From NCBI GenBank assembly GCA_037444825.1, contig JBBILR010000014.1, positions 836 through 64,835 on the forward strand: a DNA stretch of 64,000 nt, given 5' to 3'. This DNA comes from Acidobacteriota bacterium. GTDB lineage: Bacteria; Acidobacteriota; UBA4820; DSQY01. The translations under genes were made by a program, and so were the position numbers. Numbering within the stretch: the first letter of the stretch is position 1; every line of letters begins with the position of its first letter. Shown here piece by piece: positions 15,836-24,907 of this stretch. The notes beneath the pieces are model-generated. The model was not told where the DNA came from. It made no database searches and saw nothing but the letters and a program-made list of their open reading frames with translations.

Positions 15836-17179
15836 ATGGAAGGGAAGCCAGACCGACGAGCTCCTGAAGCGACGCCCCCGCGGGCGAGGACAATCTTCCT
15901 CCGGGATCCCGGGCAGATCGAAGAGAGGCTGGCCTTTCTCCGCAAGCAAAGCCGGGTTCCCCGGGCGGTGGCCCGTGAGGTGGCCCGAACGCTGGAGGCG
16001 GTCCGAAAAGGCGGGGACGAGGCGTTGGTAGGCTTCGTGCGGGCCTTCGACTGGCCTTGCCCGGGGCCGCAGGCCTTGCGCGTCGCCCCCGAAGAGAGGG
16101 AGAGGGCCTTCGGGTCCCTGCCCTCCCCGCAGAAACGGGCGCTGCGAAGGGCCCTGGAAGGGGTCTCGGCCTTTCACCGCTTGCAGAGGCCCCGTGCCCC
16201 CCGAACGCTTCGTGGGAAAGGGCTTGCGGCAGGGTTGGAGGTTTTTCCCCTCTCCTCGGTGGGGCTGTACGTCCCCGGAGGACGGGCCGCCTACCCCTCC
16301 ACGCTGATCATGCTCGGCGTTCCCGCCCGCCTGGCGGGGGTGGAGCGCGTCGTCGTGGCCACACCGGGGGGCCCCTCCGGGGAAGTGAACCCCGCCGTCC
16401 TGGCGGCCTCGTGGCTCCTGGGCATCGAGGAGGTCTGGAAGGTCGGGGGGGCGGCGGCGGTGGCGGCCCTGGCCTACGGGACCGAAACGCTGGAGCCCGT
16501 GGACAAGATCTTCGGCCCCGGCAACGCGTGGGTGACGGAGGCCAAGCGGCAGGTCTTCGGCGACGTGGGGGTGGACGCGCTGGCCGGGCCCACGGAGCTG
16601 GTGGTCCTCTCGGACGGGTCGGCCCCCGCCTCCTTCGTCGCGGCGGACCTCCTGGCCCAGGCCGAACACGATCCCCTGGCCTCCGCCGTCCTCCTCACCG
16701 TTTCCTCGGAGGAGATCCGGGCGGTGGAGGCGGAGGTGGAGAAACTCCTGGCCCGGTCGCCGAGGCGGCGGATTCAGGAGAGGAGCCTTTCCCGGCGGTG
16801 CGCCTTCGTGCGGTGCGCCGACCTCGAGACGGCGGCGGCGGCGGCCTCCTTCCTGGCCCCCGAGCACCTTTCCGTCCTCACCCGGAACCCCCGGCGGTGG
16901 GCCCGCCGGGTCCCCACCGCGGCGGCGGTGTTTCTGGGGCCCTACACCCCCGAGGCGGCGGGGGACTACGGGGCCGGCCCCAACCACAGCCTTCCCACGT
17001 CGGGCACGGCCCGCTTTTCCTCCCCCGTCACCGTCTGGGACTTCGTGAGGAGCCGGTCGGTCTTGAGGCTCAGCCGGGAGGCCCTGAGGGAGAGGACCCC
17101 CTGGATGGCCGGCCTGGCCCGGATGGAGGGTCTCTTCGGCCACGCGCTCTCCCTCGAGGCGCGCCGGAGGCGGCCATGA
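15836..17179 (+). CDS. hisD: Histidinol dehydrogenase
   Basis: 447 aa. GGDEALVGFVRAFD, GLYVPGGRAAYPST, AGPTELVV, AQAEHDP and GDYGAGPNHSLPT motifs. Confidence 0.95.
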   Translation: MEGKPDRRAPEATPPRARTIFLRDPGQIEERLAFLRKQSRVPRAVAREVARTLEAVRKGGDEALVGFVRAFDWPCPGPQALRVAPEERERAFGSLPSPQKRALRRALEGVSAFHRLQRPRAPRTLRGKGLAAGLEVFPLSSVGLYVPGGRAAYPSTLIMLGVPARLAGVERVVVATPGGPSGEVNPAVLAASWLLGIEEVWKVGGAAAVAALAYGTETLEPVDKIFGPGNAWVTEAKRQVFGDVGVDALAGPTELVVLSDGSAPASFVAADLLAQAEHDPLASAVLLTVSSEEIRAVEAEVEKLLARSPRRRIQERSLSRRCAFVRCADLETAAAAASFLAPEHLSVLTRNPRRWARRVPTAAAVFLGPYTPEAAGDYGAGPNHSLPTSGTARFSSPVTVWDFVRSRSVLRLSREALRERTPWMAGLARMEGLFGHALSLEARRRRP

Positions 17180-18237
17180 GAGCCATTCGAAGGGACGTCC
17201 TCGCCCTGCAGGCGTACCACCTCGAAGAGCCGCCGTCCCCGGTGAAGATCAACCAGAACGAGGCCCCCTGGGATTGGCCGCGGGAAATGAAGGAGCGGAC
17301 CCTCGCCCAACTGGCCTCCCTACCCTTCCACCGGTACCCCCCCTACCGGGAGTCCGCCCTCACCGCCCCCCTGGCCCGCCGCTTCGGCCTCTCGCCGGGG
17401 TCGGTCCTGGTGGCCAACGGCTCCAACCAACTCCTGCAGGCCCTCTTTTTAGCCTGCCTGGGGCCCCGGAGGAAGGCGCTGATCCCCGAACCGACCTTCT
17501 CCCTCTACCGCCAGCTGGCGCTTCTCTGCCACGGCCGGGCGGTGGGCGTGCCCCTCGGCGGGGACTACCGGTACGATCCCGAAGCCCTCCTCGAAGCCGT
17601 GCGGCGGGAGCGGCCCCGGGTGGTTCTGGTCTGTTCCCCCAACAACCCCACCGGTTCGGTCCTCTCCCCCCGGGAGGTCCTGCGCCTCTGCGAGGCCACG
17701 GAGGCCCTGGTGGTCGTGGACGAGGCCTACGGGGAGTTCGCCGAGGGGGAAGGGGCCGCGGCCTTGCTCCGCGGCGGCCCGAACAACCTGGCGGTGCTCC
17801 GGACCTTCTCCAAGGCGTGGGGCGCGGCGGCCCTGCGGCTGGGGTACCTTCTGGCCTCGCCCCCCGTGGCGAAGGAGGTCGCCAAGGCGCTCCTCCCCTA
17901 CGGCGTCAGCCCGCTGACCGCCGCCCTGGGCGGAGCGGCCCTCCGGGAGGAGGGGCTCTTTCGGGAACGGGTCCTTCGGATCCGGGCCCTCCGGGAGGAC
18001 CTCCACCGGAACCTCGCCGCCATCCCGGGGCTTCGGGTCTTTCCGTCGGCGGGCAACTTTCTCCTCGTCAAGCTGGGTCCCCGAGCCCGGGAGGTCTACC
18101 GGCGCCTCAAGGAGCGGGGGGTCCTGGTGAGGGACGTCTCCTCCTCCCCCGGGCTCGAGGGGTGCCTCCGCTTCACCGTGGGATCGGCGGAAGAAAACGC
18201 GGCGCTGCTCTCCGCGCTGCGGGAGGTCTGGCCGTGA
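17176..18237 (+). CDS. hisC: Histidinol-phosphate aminotransferase
   Basis: The ATG overlaps the hisD stop (CCATGA). INQNEAPW, GSNQLL, CSPNNPTG, VVDEAY and the PLP-Lys motif RTFSKAWGAAALRLGY. Confidence 0.95.
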   Translation: MRAIRRDVLALQAYHLEEPPSPVKINQNEAPWDWPREMKERTLAQLASLPFHRYPPYRESALTAPLARRFGLSPGSVLVANGSNQLLQALFLACLGPRRKALIPEPTFSLYRQLALLCHGRAVGVPLGGDYRYDPEALLEAVRRERPRVVLVCSPNNPTGSVLSPREVLRLCEATEALVVVDEAYGEFAEGEGAAALLRGGPNNLAVLRTFSKAWGAAALRLGYLLASPPVAKEVAKALLPYGVSPLTAALGGAALREEGLFRERVLRIRALREDLHRNLAAIPGLRVFPSAGNFLLVKLGPRAREVYRRLKERGVLVRDVSSSPGLEGCLRFTVGSAEENAALLSALREVWP

Positions 18238-19088
18238 AACCCCTTTCCTGCGACGCGTTGATCCTGGACATGGACGGCGTCCTCTTGGATACGTCGCGCT
18301 CCTTCTCGGCCTGCGTCCTGGAGACGGCCCGGAGGCTCGCCGACCCCCCGCTGGGGGAGGGCTGGAGCCTGCGGGACGAGGAGGTTCTGCGCTTGGCGGG
18401 GGGCTTCAACAACGACGTGGACGCCGCCGTGGCCCTGGCCCTTCTCGGTCCCGCCTCGGGGCCGGGCGAAGCCTGGGCGGCGGTGGCGGAGCGCTTGAGG
18501 AGGCGGGGCGGAGGACCCGACGCCGTGATGGTCTTCACGGGGAGCGGCGCGTACCAGGCCCTGTGGGCCCGGGCCTTCCCCCTCTTCGCCGCCCTCTACG
18601 CCGGCCCGAAGGCGAGGGAGGTTTACGGCCTCGAGCCCACGGAAGGGCGGGGCCTCTTCGAGGAGGAGGTCCCCCTGGTGACGGCCGGGGAACTGGAGGC
18701 CGTGGGGCTTCCCTTCGGCGTCTTCACCGGCCGGAACCCGGGGGAGGCCCGGCTGGGCCTTTCCCGGCTGGGTTTGCGGCTCCCGCCGGAGCGCCTGGTG
18801 GCCGACTCGGCCCCCCGCTTCCGCAAACCCAACCCCGACGGGGTGTTGGAGCTGGCCCGGCGGCTCCGGTCCAGGGCCCCTCTGGTGGTGGGGGACTCGG
18901 TGGACGACCAGGCGGCGGCCCTGGCGGCGAGGCGAACCGGACTGGCCGCGCGCTTCGCGGGCATCGCCCCGAGGGGCTCGTTGCGGGAGAGGCGCTTCAA
19001 GGAGGCGGGGGCCGACGCGGTGGCCCCTTCCCTCCGGGAAATCCTCAGGCGCCTCCGAACGAAAGGAGATGGCGATGAAGGGCCGTAA
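18234..19088 (+). CDS. HAD-superfamily hydrolase (subfamily IA-like), embedded in the his operon
   Basis: GTG overlaps the hisC stop (CCGTGA). HAD motif I LILDMDGVLLD, motif II VFTGR, motif III RKPNPDG, motif IV VVGDSVDD. The 3' end overlaps the hisB start. Confidence 0.8.
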   Translation: MKPLSCDALILDMDGVLLDTSRSFSACVLETARRLADPPLGEGWSLRDEEVLRLAGGFNNDVDAAVALALLGPASGPGEAWAAVAERLRRRGGGPDAVMVFTGSGAYQALWARAFPLFAALYAGPKAREVYGLEPTEGRGLFEEEVPLVTAGELEAVGLPFGVFTGRNPGEARLGLSRLGLRLPPERLVADSAPRFRKPNPDGVLELARRLRSRAPLVVGDSVDDQAAALAARRTGLAARFAGIAPRGSLRERRFKEAGADAVAPSLREILRRLRTKGDGDEGP

Positions 19089-19656
19089 GGAACGTGTCGT
19101 GCGCCGGACGGCGGAGACGAGGGTGGAGGTCCTGTGGGCCCCGGTTCCGGGGCCGGTGGAGGTGTCCACGGGGATCGGGTTCCTGGACCACATGCTCGCC
19201 ACGTGGGCCCTGCACGGCGGGTTCGGCCTGAGCCTCCTCGTCCAGGGGGACCTCCAGGTGGACGCCCACCACACGGTGGAGGACGCCGCCCTGGCCTTGG
19301 GGGAGGCCATGGACCGCGCCCTGGGTTCGAGGGAAGGCCTTCGGCGCTTCGGATGGGCCTACGCCCCCCTGGACGAGGCCCTCAGCCGGGCGGTGGTGGA
19401 CCTGTGCCGCCGTCCTTACTGCGTCTTCGCCTGCCCGCCCCTCCCCGAACGAATGGGGGACTTTCCGGGGGAGATGGCCTCCCACTTCTTCCGCTCCCTG
19501 GCCTTCGCGGGGCGCTTCACCCTGCACCTGGAGGTCCTGCGGGCCGAAAACGGCCATCACGCCCTCGAATCGGCCTTCAAGGCGTGCGCCCTGGCCCTCC
19601 GGCAGGCCCTGGAACGGTTCCCCGGCGGGGCCCGAAGCACCAAGGGGGTCCTCTGA
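19075..19656 (+). CDS. hisB: Imidazoleglycerol-phosphate dehydratase (monofunctional)
   Basis: GIGFLDHML, DAHHTVEDAALALG and ENGHHALESAFKA. ATG 19075 lies 6 nt after GGAG; ATG 19069 (the track start) is the alternative. Confidence 0.93.
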   Translation: MKGRKERVVRRTAETRVEVLWAPVPGPVEVSTGIGFLDHMLATWALHGGFGLSLLVQGDLQVDAHHTVEDAALALGEAMDRALGSREGLRRFGWAYAPLDEALSRAVVDLCRRPYCVFACPPLPERMGDFPGEMASHFFRSLAFAGRFTLHLEVLRAENGHHALESAFKACALALRQALERFPGGARSTKGVL

Positions 19657-20255
19657 TGGTGTGGATCGTGGACGCGGAGACGGGAAACCTCCGCTCCCTG
19701 CGGAACGCCCTCCAGGCCGTGGGGGTGGAGGCGGAGGTCCGCCGGGCGCCGTCGGGGCCGCTCCCCTGGGCCGTGATCCTCCCCGGGGTGGGCGCCTTCG
19801 GCCACGCCGCGCGGAGGCTCGAGGAGAGGGGGTGGATGGACTTCCTGCGCCGCCACGTGGCCGGCGGGGGGGCTCTCCTGGGTATCTGCCTGGGGATGCA
19901 GCTTCTTTTCGAAGCCTCCGAGGAAAGTCCCGGCGCAGAAGGGCTCGCCCTTCTCCCGGGGTTCGTCCGGAGGCTCGGACCCCGCGCCCCCCGCCTGCCC
20001 CACGTGGGCTGGGCCCGGATCCAGGGGGCGGCGCCGGGGACCCCCGAGGCGGGGATGGACTGGGCCTACTTCGTCCACTCCTACGTCTGCGCCCCGGCGG
20101 AAGAGGGAGTCACGACGGCCTTCGCGGAGTACGGGGAGGCCTTCCCGGCGGTGGTGCGGAAGGGGCACGTGACGGGGGTCCAGTTCCACCCGGAGAAGAG
20201 CCAGCGCACCGGCCTTGCGTTCCTCAGGGCGTGGAAAGAGGAGGGGTTGCCGTGA
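19656..20255 (+). CDS. hisH: Imidazole glycerol phosphate synthase, glutaminase subunit
   Basis: TGATG junction with hisB. LPGVGAFG, Cys nucleophile in LGICLGMQLL, and GVQFHPEKS. Confidence 0.93.
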   Translation: MVWIVDAETGNLRSLRNALQAVGVEAEVRRAPSGPLPWAVILPGVGAFGHAARRLEERGWMDFLRRHVAGGGALLGICLGMQLLFEASEESPGAEGLALLPGFVRRLGPRAPRLPHVGWARIQGAAPGTPEAGMDWAYFVHSYVCAPAEEGVTTAFAEYGEAFPAVVRKGHVTGVQFHPEKSQRTGLAFLRAWKEEGLP

Positions 20256-21013
20256 ACGAAGAGGCCATCACCAGACGCCGGGGTACCTTTGAGGTCTGGG
20301 CGGCGGTGGACCTTCTGGAGGGCCGCGCCGTCCGGCTTCGTCAGGGGGACCCCGGAAGGAGGACCGACTACGGTCCCGCCCTGGAGGCGGCCCTGAGGTG
20401 GCTCGACGCCGGGCTCCGAAGGATGCACGTGGTGGACCTGGGGGCGGCGCTGGGCGGGCCTCCCTGCCTTGGGGCGTTCGTGGAGGAACTCCTTTCCCGA
20501 AGGCCGGAAGCGCTGGTCCAGGCCGCCGGGGGGCTCCGCTCGACGGAGGAGGCCCGCCGGGTGGCGGAGGCCGGAGCGGCGAGGGTCGTCCTGGGCAGCG
20601 CCCTCTTCGAGCGTCCACGGGAGGCGGAGGCGATCCTTGGGGCTCTCGGCCCGGGCCGCGCCGTGGCCGCCCTGGACGGGCGGGAGGGCAGGCTTCGGGT
20701 CCACGGCTGGACCGCCGACGGCGGCCTCACCCTTCCGGAGGCCGTGGACCGCGCGGCGGCCATGGGTTTCGAGACCGTTCTGGTGACCGACGTGGCGAGG
20801 GACGGGGAGGGGACGGGGCCCCACCTCGGCCTCTACCGGGCACTCGCCCGGCCCGGCCTCCGCATCCTCGGCTCGGGGGGGATCCGAGGGAAAGAAGACC
20901 TGGAGGCCCTCGCCGCCCTGCCGGGCGTGGGGGGAGCCGTGGTGGGGCGCGCCCTGTACGAAGGGAAGGTGAGGCCGGGAGACCTTCTGGAGGCGGAGAG
21001 ATGGTGCGGGTGA
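20252..21013 (+). CDS. hisA: ProFAR isomerase (1-(5-phosphoribosyl)-5-[(5-phosphoribosylamino)methylideneamino]imidazole-4-carboxamide isomerase)
   Basis: GTG overlaps the hisH stop (CCGTGA). AAVDLLEGRAVRL, VVDLGAA, VTDVARDGEGTGP and GSGGIRGKEDL. Confidence 0.88.
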   Translation: MNEEAITRRRGTFEVWAAVDLLEGRAVRLRQGDPGRRTDYGPALEAALRWLDAGLRRMHVVDLGAALGGPPCLGAFVEELLSRRPEALVQAAGGLRSTEEARRVAEAGAARVVLGSALFERPREAEAILGALGPGRAVAALDGREGRLRVHGWTADGGLTLPEAVDRAAAMGFETVLVTDVARDGEGTGPHLGLYRALARPGLRILGSGGIRGKEDLEALAALPGVGGAVVGRALYEGKVRPGDLLEAERWCG

Positions 21014-21747
21014 TTCCCTGTCTGGACGTCCTCCCCGAGGGGGTGGTGAAAGGAAGGAACTTTCAAAACCTCCGCAGGGTGGGGGACGCGGTGGAGCTGG
21101 CCTCCCGCTACGACGCGGAAGGGGCCGACGAGTTGGTCTTTCTCGACGTGGGGGCCACGGTGGAAGGGCGGTCGCCATTGACCGCCGTGTTGGAAGCGGT
21201 CTCCCGGCGCGTCTTCCTGCCGGTGACGGCGGGGGGAGGGGTCCGGAGCCTTCGGGAGATCGAGGCCTACCTGGCCGCCGGGGCCGACAAGGTGGCCGTC
21301 AACACCGCGGCGGTGAAACGGCCCTCTCTCCTCGCCGAGGCGGCCTCCCGCTTCGGGAGCCAGTGCGTCGTTTTGGCCATGGACGTTCGGCGGAGGGAGA
21401 CGGGCTGGGAGGTGTGCGTGGAGGCGGGGAGAAGGCCCACGGGGCTCGACGCCGAGGCCTGGGCCCGGGAGGCGGAGGCGCGGGGGGCCGGCGAGCTGCT
21501 GGTCACCTCCATGGACCGGGACGGGACGGGGCTGGGGTTCGACACGGACCTCTACGGGAGGCTGGCCCGGGCCGTACGCCTGCCCCTGGTGGCCTCGGGA
21601 GGCGCCGGAGAGGCCTCCCACTTCGCCCAGGCGGCCCGGGCGGGGGCCACGGGGCTGCTGGCGGCGGGTCTCTTTCACGGATCGGCGCTGACGATCCCGG
21701 ATCTCAAGAAGCGCCTTCGCGCGGACGGAATCGAGGTGAGGCCGTGA
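21001..21747 (+). CDS. hisF: Imidazole glycerol phosphate synthase, cyclase subunit
   Basis: RVIPCLDV, GADELVFLDV, VTAGGGVRS, VTSMDRDGTGLGFD and ASGGAG. Overlaps the hisA end by 13 nt. Confidence 0.95.
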   Translation: MVRVIPCLDVLPEGVVKGRNFQNLRRVGDAVELASRYDAEGADELVFLDVGATVEGRSPLTAVLEAVSRRVFLPVTAGGGVRSLREIEAYLAAGADKVAVNTAAVKRPSLLAEAASRFGSQCVVLAMDVRRRETGWEVCVEAGRRPTGLDAEAWAREAEARGAGELLVTSMDRDGTGLGFDTDLYGRLARAVRLPLVASGGAGEASHFAQAARAGATGLLAAGLFHGSALTIPDLKKRLRADGIEVRP

Positions 21748-22352
21748 CGGTGAATTTCCGGAAGGATCCGCTGCTGCCGGCGGTGGTCCAGGACGGGCGG
21801 ACCGGAAAGGTCCGCATGGTGGGGTACATGAGCGAGGAGGCGCTCCGCCTCTGCCGGGAAACGGGACTGCTCCACCTCTACTCCCGCTCCCGCCGCCGCC
21901 TGTGGAAAAAAGGGGAGACCTCGGGGAACCTCCACCCCATCCTGGGTGCCTACGCCGACTGCGACGGCGACGCCCTCCTCCTCTCCGTCCTTCCGGAGGG
22001 GCCCACCTGCCACACCGGCGCGTCTTCCTGCTTCGTGGAGCGCCTCTGGGGGCCGGCCCCCGGAGGCGTGCTGGACCGGCTGGCCGGGACGGTGGCGGAG
22101 CGGCGCCTGAAACTGCCGCCGGACTCCCGGACGGCCGCCCTCTTCCGCCGCGGGCTGCCCCGCATCGCCCAGAAGGTGGGGGAGGAGGCCGTGGAGGCGG
22201 CGGTGGCGGCGCTGTCGGAGGGAAAGGACCGCCTCCGGGAGGAGGCCGCCGACCTCCTGTACCACCTCCTCGTGCTTCTGGAGGCTTCGGGAGTCCCCCT
22301 GGAGGAGGTCCTGGAGGTGTTGGTCCGCCGGGAGGAGGGGGGGAAGCCGTGA
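21744..22352 (+). CDS. hisI: Bifunctional phosphoribosyl-AMP cyclohydrolase / phosphoribosyl-ATP pyrophosphatase
   Basis: GTG overlaps the hisF stop (CCGTGA). LLPAVVQDGRTGKVRMVGYMSEEAL, WKKGETSGN, DCDGDALLL...CHTG, then the PRA-PH helices KVGEEAVE and EAADLLYHLLVLL. Confidence 0.93.
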   Translation: MTVNFRKDPLLPAVVQDGRTGKVRMVGYMSEEALRLCRETGLLHLYSRSRRRLWKKGETSGNLHPILGAYADCDGDALLLSVLPEGPTCHTGASSCFVERLWGPAPGGVLDRLAGTVAERRLKLPPDSRTAALFRRGLPRIAQKVGEEAVEAAVAALSEGKDRLREEAADLLYHLLVLLEASGVPLEEVLEVLVRREEGGKP

Positions 22353-23287
22353 TCGCCATGGGTCCCCTCTCCACGGGTCTCTGGGTGGACCGCGCGGCCC
22401 TTCTCCGCCGCCAGGAAACCCTCCTCCTCGAACGGTGGGAGAGCCGGGGGTACCGGGAGGTGGCCCCCCCTCTCCTCCTGCCCCGTGGGCCTGTTCCCGA
22501 GGAGGACCACGGGCTGAAAGGAAGGACCTTCACCCTCCGCGGGGAGGAGGGTCTCCATTTGCGGGCGGACTTCACGGTGGCCGTGGCCCTCATGGTGGCG
22601 TCCCGCAGGCCTCCCGCCGATGGGGTCCTCCGGCTGTCGTACGCCGGGCCGGTGGCGCGGCGGCCCTCGCCGGACCTGGAGGAGCCGTGGGAGCTCCACC
22701 AGGCGGGCCTGGAGCGGGTGGCCCCCCCGGCCGACCCTTCGGGCGACGGGGAGGTCCTTTTCCTGGCGGCCGACGGGCTTCTCGCTTTGGGGCTCCGAGA
22801 CGCCGTGCTGGAGCTGGGCCACTGGGGGGTGGCGGGGCCGCTCCTCGCGCGCCTTCCGTGGCCCGAAGAGGGGCGCGCGCTCCTCGCCGCGGCGCTGAAC
22901 CGGAAGAGTCTCTCGAACGTCGAAGCGCTGGAGGGGCGGTACGGCTCCTCGGAGGAGTCCCGGCTCCTCAAGGAACTCCTCCACGTGGGAGGCCGCCCGG
23001 AGGCCGTGGACGCCCTGGCTTCCCGCCTGGGCCGGGCGGGGGTCCTCCCGGCCTGGGAGTCCCTTCGAAGGCTCGGGGAGGAGCTTTCCCGGGAGTTTCC
23101 CCCCCTGGCCGTCCGGCTGGACCCTCTGGACGTCCGCCGGTGGAGCACCTACACCGGCCTCACCTTCAAGGCTTTCACCCCACGCCACCCGCAGGCCGTC
23201 TTGGCGGGGGGGCGTTACGACGGACTCTACCCCGACCTGGGCCACCCCTTGGGCGCCGTGGGCTTCGCCTTTCGGCTCCCCCTCTAG
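22349..23287 (+). CDS. hisZ: ATP phosphoribosyltransferase regulatory subunit
   Basis: HisRS-like catalytic-core paralog without an anticodon domain: GYREVAPPLL, LHLRADFTVAVA and AGGRYDGL. It sits immediately before short-form hisG. Start is either GTG 22349 (CCGTGA overlap) or ATG 22358. Confidence 0.8.
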   Translation: MIAMGPLSTGLWVDRAALLRRQETLLLERWESRGYREVAPPLLLPRGPVPEEDHGLKGRTFTLRGEEGLHLRADFTVAVALMVASRRPPADGVLRLSYAGPVARRPSPDLEEPWELHQAGLERVAPPADPSGDGEVLFLAADGLLALGLRDAVLELGHWGVAGPLLARLPWPEEGRALLAAALNRKSLSNVEALEGRYGSSEESRLLKELLHVGGRPEAVDALASRLGRAGVLPAWESLRRLGEELSREFPPLAVRLDPLDVRRWSTYTGLTFKAFTPRHPQAVLAGGRYDGLYPDLGHPLGAVGFAFRLPL

Positions 23288-23296
23288 GAGACCCCC

Positions 23297-23923
23297 ATGC
23301 CGCGCATCGCGCTTTCCAAAGGACGCCTGCTGGAACCGAGCCTTCGCTGGCTCGAGGGCCGGGGTTTCACCCGCCCTTCGTTGGAAAGCCGGTCCTTGAC
23401 GCTGCCCCTGGGGGAGGGATGGGAGGCCGTTCTTCTCAAGGGCCCCGACGTGCCGGTATTCGTCCAGAACGGCGCCGCCGACCTGGGGGTGGTGGGCTCG
23501 GACATCCTGGAGGAGGACCAGCCCGACGTCTACGACCTCAAGGCCCTGGGCTTCGGCCGTTGCCGGCTCTCCCTGGCCGGCCCCGTTCCGCTGGAGGATC
23601 TGGAGGGGCCGCTCCGCATCGCCACCAAGTACCCCCGGACGGCCGCGCGGCTCCTCGGCTCCCGGGGACTCTGGGGACGGTGGATCCGTCTCTCTTCGTC
23701 GGTGGAGGTGGCGCCCCTTCTGGGCCTCTCCGACGCCATCGTGGACCTGGTGGACACCGGCCGGACGCTTCGGGAGAACGGCCTGAAGGAGCTGGAGGTC
23801 CTCCTCCAGGTGGAGGCCCACCTGGTGGTGAACCGGCGCTCCTACCGCTTTCTCAGCCGCCGGTGGTGGGAAGGGGAGACCTCCGCGGAAGGAATGGAGG
23901 GGCCGGGGGTTGCCAAATCGTGA
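23297..23923 (+). CDS. hisG: ATP phosphoribosyltransferase, short form
   Basis: 208 aa. [28 protein letters not shown] and [14 protein letters not shown]. No C-terminal regulatory domain, consistent with the presence of hisZ. Confidence 0.93.
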   Translation: MPRIALSKGRLLEPSLRWLEGRGFTRPSLESRSLTLPLGEGWEAVLLKGPDVPVFVQNGAADLGVVGSDILEEDQPDVYDLKALGFGRCRLSLAGPVPLEDLEGPLRIATKYPRTAARLLGSRGLWGRWIRLSSSVEVAPLLGLSDAIVDLVDTGRTLRENGLKELEVLLQVEAHLVVNRRSYRFLSRRWWEGETSAEGMEGPGVAKS

Positions 23924-23949
23924 GCGGCGTGTAGAATAGACACCCTGGG

Positions 23950-24027
<78 letters not shown>

Positions 24028-24149
24028 CCCTCCCCCCTTTTTCCCGTGGGGTCGGTCGTTCGTGCGGAGGCCGAAGGGCGCCGTTGCCTTCGGGGGGCGA
24101 AAGGAATATCCTCGCAAGCGTTCCGTTGGGGGGAGCGGGAGGTTAGCCC

Positions 24150-24761
24150 GTGTTCGACGACATTCGGGCCATCCAGCGCAACGACCCCGCCTGCGGCCCC
24201 GGGGAGTGGATCCTCTACCCCTGCCTCCACGCCATCGTCGTCCACCGCTACGTCTCCCACCCCCTCTACCGCCTGGGCGTTCCCTTCCTCCCGCGCCTCA
24301 TCAGCCAGGTCATGCGCTTCCTCACCGGCCTCGAGATCCACCCCGGCGCGGAGATCGGCCCCGGCTTCTTCTGCGACCACGGGGCGGGGGTGGTCATCGG
24401 CGAAACGGTGAAGATCGGCCGGAACTGCGTCATGTTCCACGGCGTCACCCTCGGCGGTACGGGGAAGCAGAAGGGAAAGCGCCACCCCACCGTGGGGGAC
24501 GACGTCTACATCGGCACCCACGCCACCATTTTGGGCCCCGTCACCATCGGGGATCGTGCCAAGATCGGCGCCGAATCGGTGGTCATCAACCGGGACGTCC
24601 CCCCCGACTGCACGGTGGTGGGCGCGCCGGCGGTCATCGTCCGCCGGGGGGAGAAAAAGGTGCACGAGCCTCTCCCCACCTCCCTCTACCACCTGGAGGC
24701 CCAGGAGAGTTCGCCCCTCTCTCCCCCGAAGCCTCTTCCCCATCGGACACAGGGGTCCTAG
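24150..24761 (+). CDS. cysE: Serine O-acetyltransferase (short form)
   Basis: Left-handed beta-helix hexapeptide repeats with [36 protein letters not shown] and [13 protein letters not shown]. The GTG lies 7 nt after GGGAGG. Confidence 0.85.
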   Translation: MFDDIRAIQRNDPACGPGEWILYPCLHAIVVHRYVSHPLYRLGVPFLPRLISQVMRFLTGLEIHPGAEIGPGFFCDHGAGVVIGETVKIGRNCVMFHGVTLGGTGKQKGKRHPTVGDDVYIGTHATILGPVTIGDRAKIGAESVVINRDVPPDCTVVGAPAVIVRRGEKKVHEPLPTSLYHLEAQESSPLSPPKPLPHRTQGS

Positions 24762-24907
24762 AAGCCTCCCCCCGGCGGCTTCGGGGCGGCCTCTTCTCTC
24801 CGGTGGCGTTTTTTCAGGTCACGGCTAGGGACACGCCGAGCGGGGGGCCGACGGCTCCTTCACCCGAAGCGAGGCGGGGGATGAAAGGCAGGCCGTAAGG
24901 CCGGTCC

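Noticed and set aside
24762-24907. A bidirectional terminator between convergent cysE and the M1 aminopeptidase (T-run GGCGTTTTTT at ~24806-24815; small GGCC-GTAA-GGCC hairpin at ~24890).
   Set aside because: The T-run is not immediately preceded by a convincing stem. The hairpin is only 4 bp with no U-tract. The evidence is too weak to annotate.
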